Assembly: GCF_000002075.1 (NCBI RefSeq)
Contig: NW_004797336.1
Coordinates: forward strand, 34,315 to 98,314
Source of the DNA: Aplysia californica
Taxonomy: Eukaryota
Direction of reading: 5' to 3'
DNA length: 64,000 nucleotides
Both the position numbers and the translations under genes were made by a program. Shown here piece after piece: positions 62,150 to 64,000 of this stretch. A model generated the notes under the pieces. It saw only the letters and a list, made by a program, of their open reading frames with translations. It did not search any database and was not told the DNA's origin. Numbering within the stretch: position 1 is the stretch's first letter; every line of letters starts with the position of its first letter.

Positions 62150-64000
62150 CTGTATGAGTAGGCCTTTAATTTTTTTTGTCTTTTCCCAAGGTTTGAAACT
62201 TTTGGCCCTGTTGTACTATTTTGTTTTCAAGTTTTCACTTAAATTGTCATTGCATTTGATAAGCCCCATTCTCTTTATGGATCTATTGCTGAGGTTTCTA
62301 TCATGTAGCACTATTGTTATCAAATTAGATTTGATTGAAATTTTGTTATTCATTCTTTGTCCGTGCTGTCTAATAGAATCTAATGCATTGTATATATTAT
62401 ATTTATATTTGTGTGTGTGTGTACATGGTATGTTATTGGTGCTGCTCTGTCCTCTGTTTTGCATACAGGGCCTCTGTCTTTGATTTGCTTTTTCCTTCTA
62501 ATACTTATCTGCATTGATGAATGGCAGTGGACAGAACAATGATGGTGATAAAGTTTGAATAAAAGACTGGAAAGTGAAGTACAATCACCAACTCACTGTC
62601 TGTTAAATTTGTTATTGGGAACTGCTGCTTTTTCTTTCCTCATCCTTATTACTGTCATCATTTCCTCTAGATCTACTTCTTTTCACTCTCTTGTGAATTG
62701 CTATTTCCAGGGTGCCTTGATAGTCGAAGCAGACTTTTTGTGCTAGAAAGCAGAGTAAGCCTGATTCTGCGTTTGGGCTTCTCTGTTGATATCCACCCCT
62801 TGGCGCTCATATATGACCTTATGGAATTGTGAGCGCCGTAAAACCTCACTAAAACTAAAGCAAAAACCCAAGGTTTGGGGATGTGTGTGTGTATAGGGGG
62901 ATGGGGAGGGTGCGCTCTGCTGTTATTTACTACCAGCTAGGCCTATTTTTTTCTAAGTATCTAAGAACAATAAATAAGTTTTTGATTCTGTATTCATCTA
63001 GTTAGGGATGAAAAAGAAATAAGAAAAATGATGCCATTTATTCCTGGAACATGCTTTGGTAAACTTGGATTTGAACCGAGTTCAGTCTGTCTCAGTTTAT
63101 GTACCCTCTCTCAAGTTCCTCGGAATCAAATATATAGAGGCCTACCATGTACTGGAGTCTCTGCCTGAGATCCCAGTGTTTGGGAGCAAGGAAATTACAT
63201 AGTACAGTAGTCTCCACCTAAGATCCCACAGTTTACGATCGTGGGTGATTGGCGGGTGCTCTGTTGTGGTTTGCTCCTTCTTTCTTATAAAAAAAATAAA
63301 TATCTCTATCTCCCCTCCTTTTTTGTGGTTGTTATTCTTTTGTAACACCTCTTATAATATGACCTTATTGTGTTGCAAGTGCCGTAAAATTGTCACTAAA
63401 ACTAAAGAGCTTACGATCCTGGTTCGCTTCAGATCCTACTGTTTAAAGAAACATTGTGTCCCAACTTGTGGTTAGGATCTAAATTGTTTGTATGAGTGAA
63501 GGGTTCTCTTTTGCTGTGCTGTTTGTTCAGGTTGTTTATGTCAATGGTGCTTGTCCCAAATACGGTCATTGTGCGATCATTCTCTTTATAATATTTATAG
63601 CAGTAGAAGCAAGAGTATTGCTGGTTTTTATGATTGGGTACCCCATCCTCACCTTGGACGAGTTCAAAGACAGTGTTCTGAAAATCTTTCCCATGACAGC
63701 TTTTTGGGGAATGAAACCCCTGTCCTCTAGATTGCAAAATTGCAAAGCGAAGAAGTGGACCACCAGAGCATCTCATAGCATGGTAACGTAATCTCTCAAA
63801 AGAGGGTAATAAAAACTGGAAGTTGACACATGTAGGAATCTGATCAGAACTACTGAACATAATTTGCTTTGAAAAGTCAGCAAGACATTTCAATTTTGCA
63901 AGATAGGTTGGAGCTTTTCTAACATCAGGTTTTATTTGGTTGTTGTTTTTTAAAAATAAATTGAGCCAGTCATGAGGCTTGCGTTGTAAAAATCGCGGCA

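Overview
AT-rich, repeat-rich eukaryotic (invertebrate) genomic DNA, probably a gastropod mollusc; that assignment is inferred from repeat content only. There are two assembly gaps (20009-20146, 52021-52155). Three host genes are supported. (1) A large minus-strand multi-exon gene with about 13 coding exons from 33324 down to 1319, continuing past the left edge, and a probable non-coding first exon near 38 kb. It encodes a protein of more than 2,800 aa with an unusually internal BTB/POZ domain and six C2H2 zinc fingers. (2) A divergently oriented NUPR1/p8 gene (CDS 40299-40520, with a 3'-UTR intron). (3) An intronless SCFD1/Sly1 gene (53363-55276). The rest is transposon debris: a degenerate I/Nimb-type LINE with RNase H, RTE LINEs, a Tc1 element nested in a SINE, tRNA-derived SINEs, and piggyBac, pogo/Tigger, hAT and Academ-like non-autonomous elements. 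The most striking unexplained signal is a set of short palindromic scars. TA-GATC-TA, TA-GGCC-TA, TA-CCGG-TA and TA-CATG-TA units occur throughout, and the TAGATC/TAGGCC arrays concentrate around putative promoters. There are also three CACAGAATTCTACACT-type inserts, two with 8-bp target duplications. I interpret these as accumulated excision footprints of TA-targeting Tc1/mariner-type and P-type transposons (inference).
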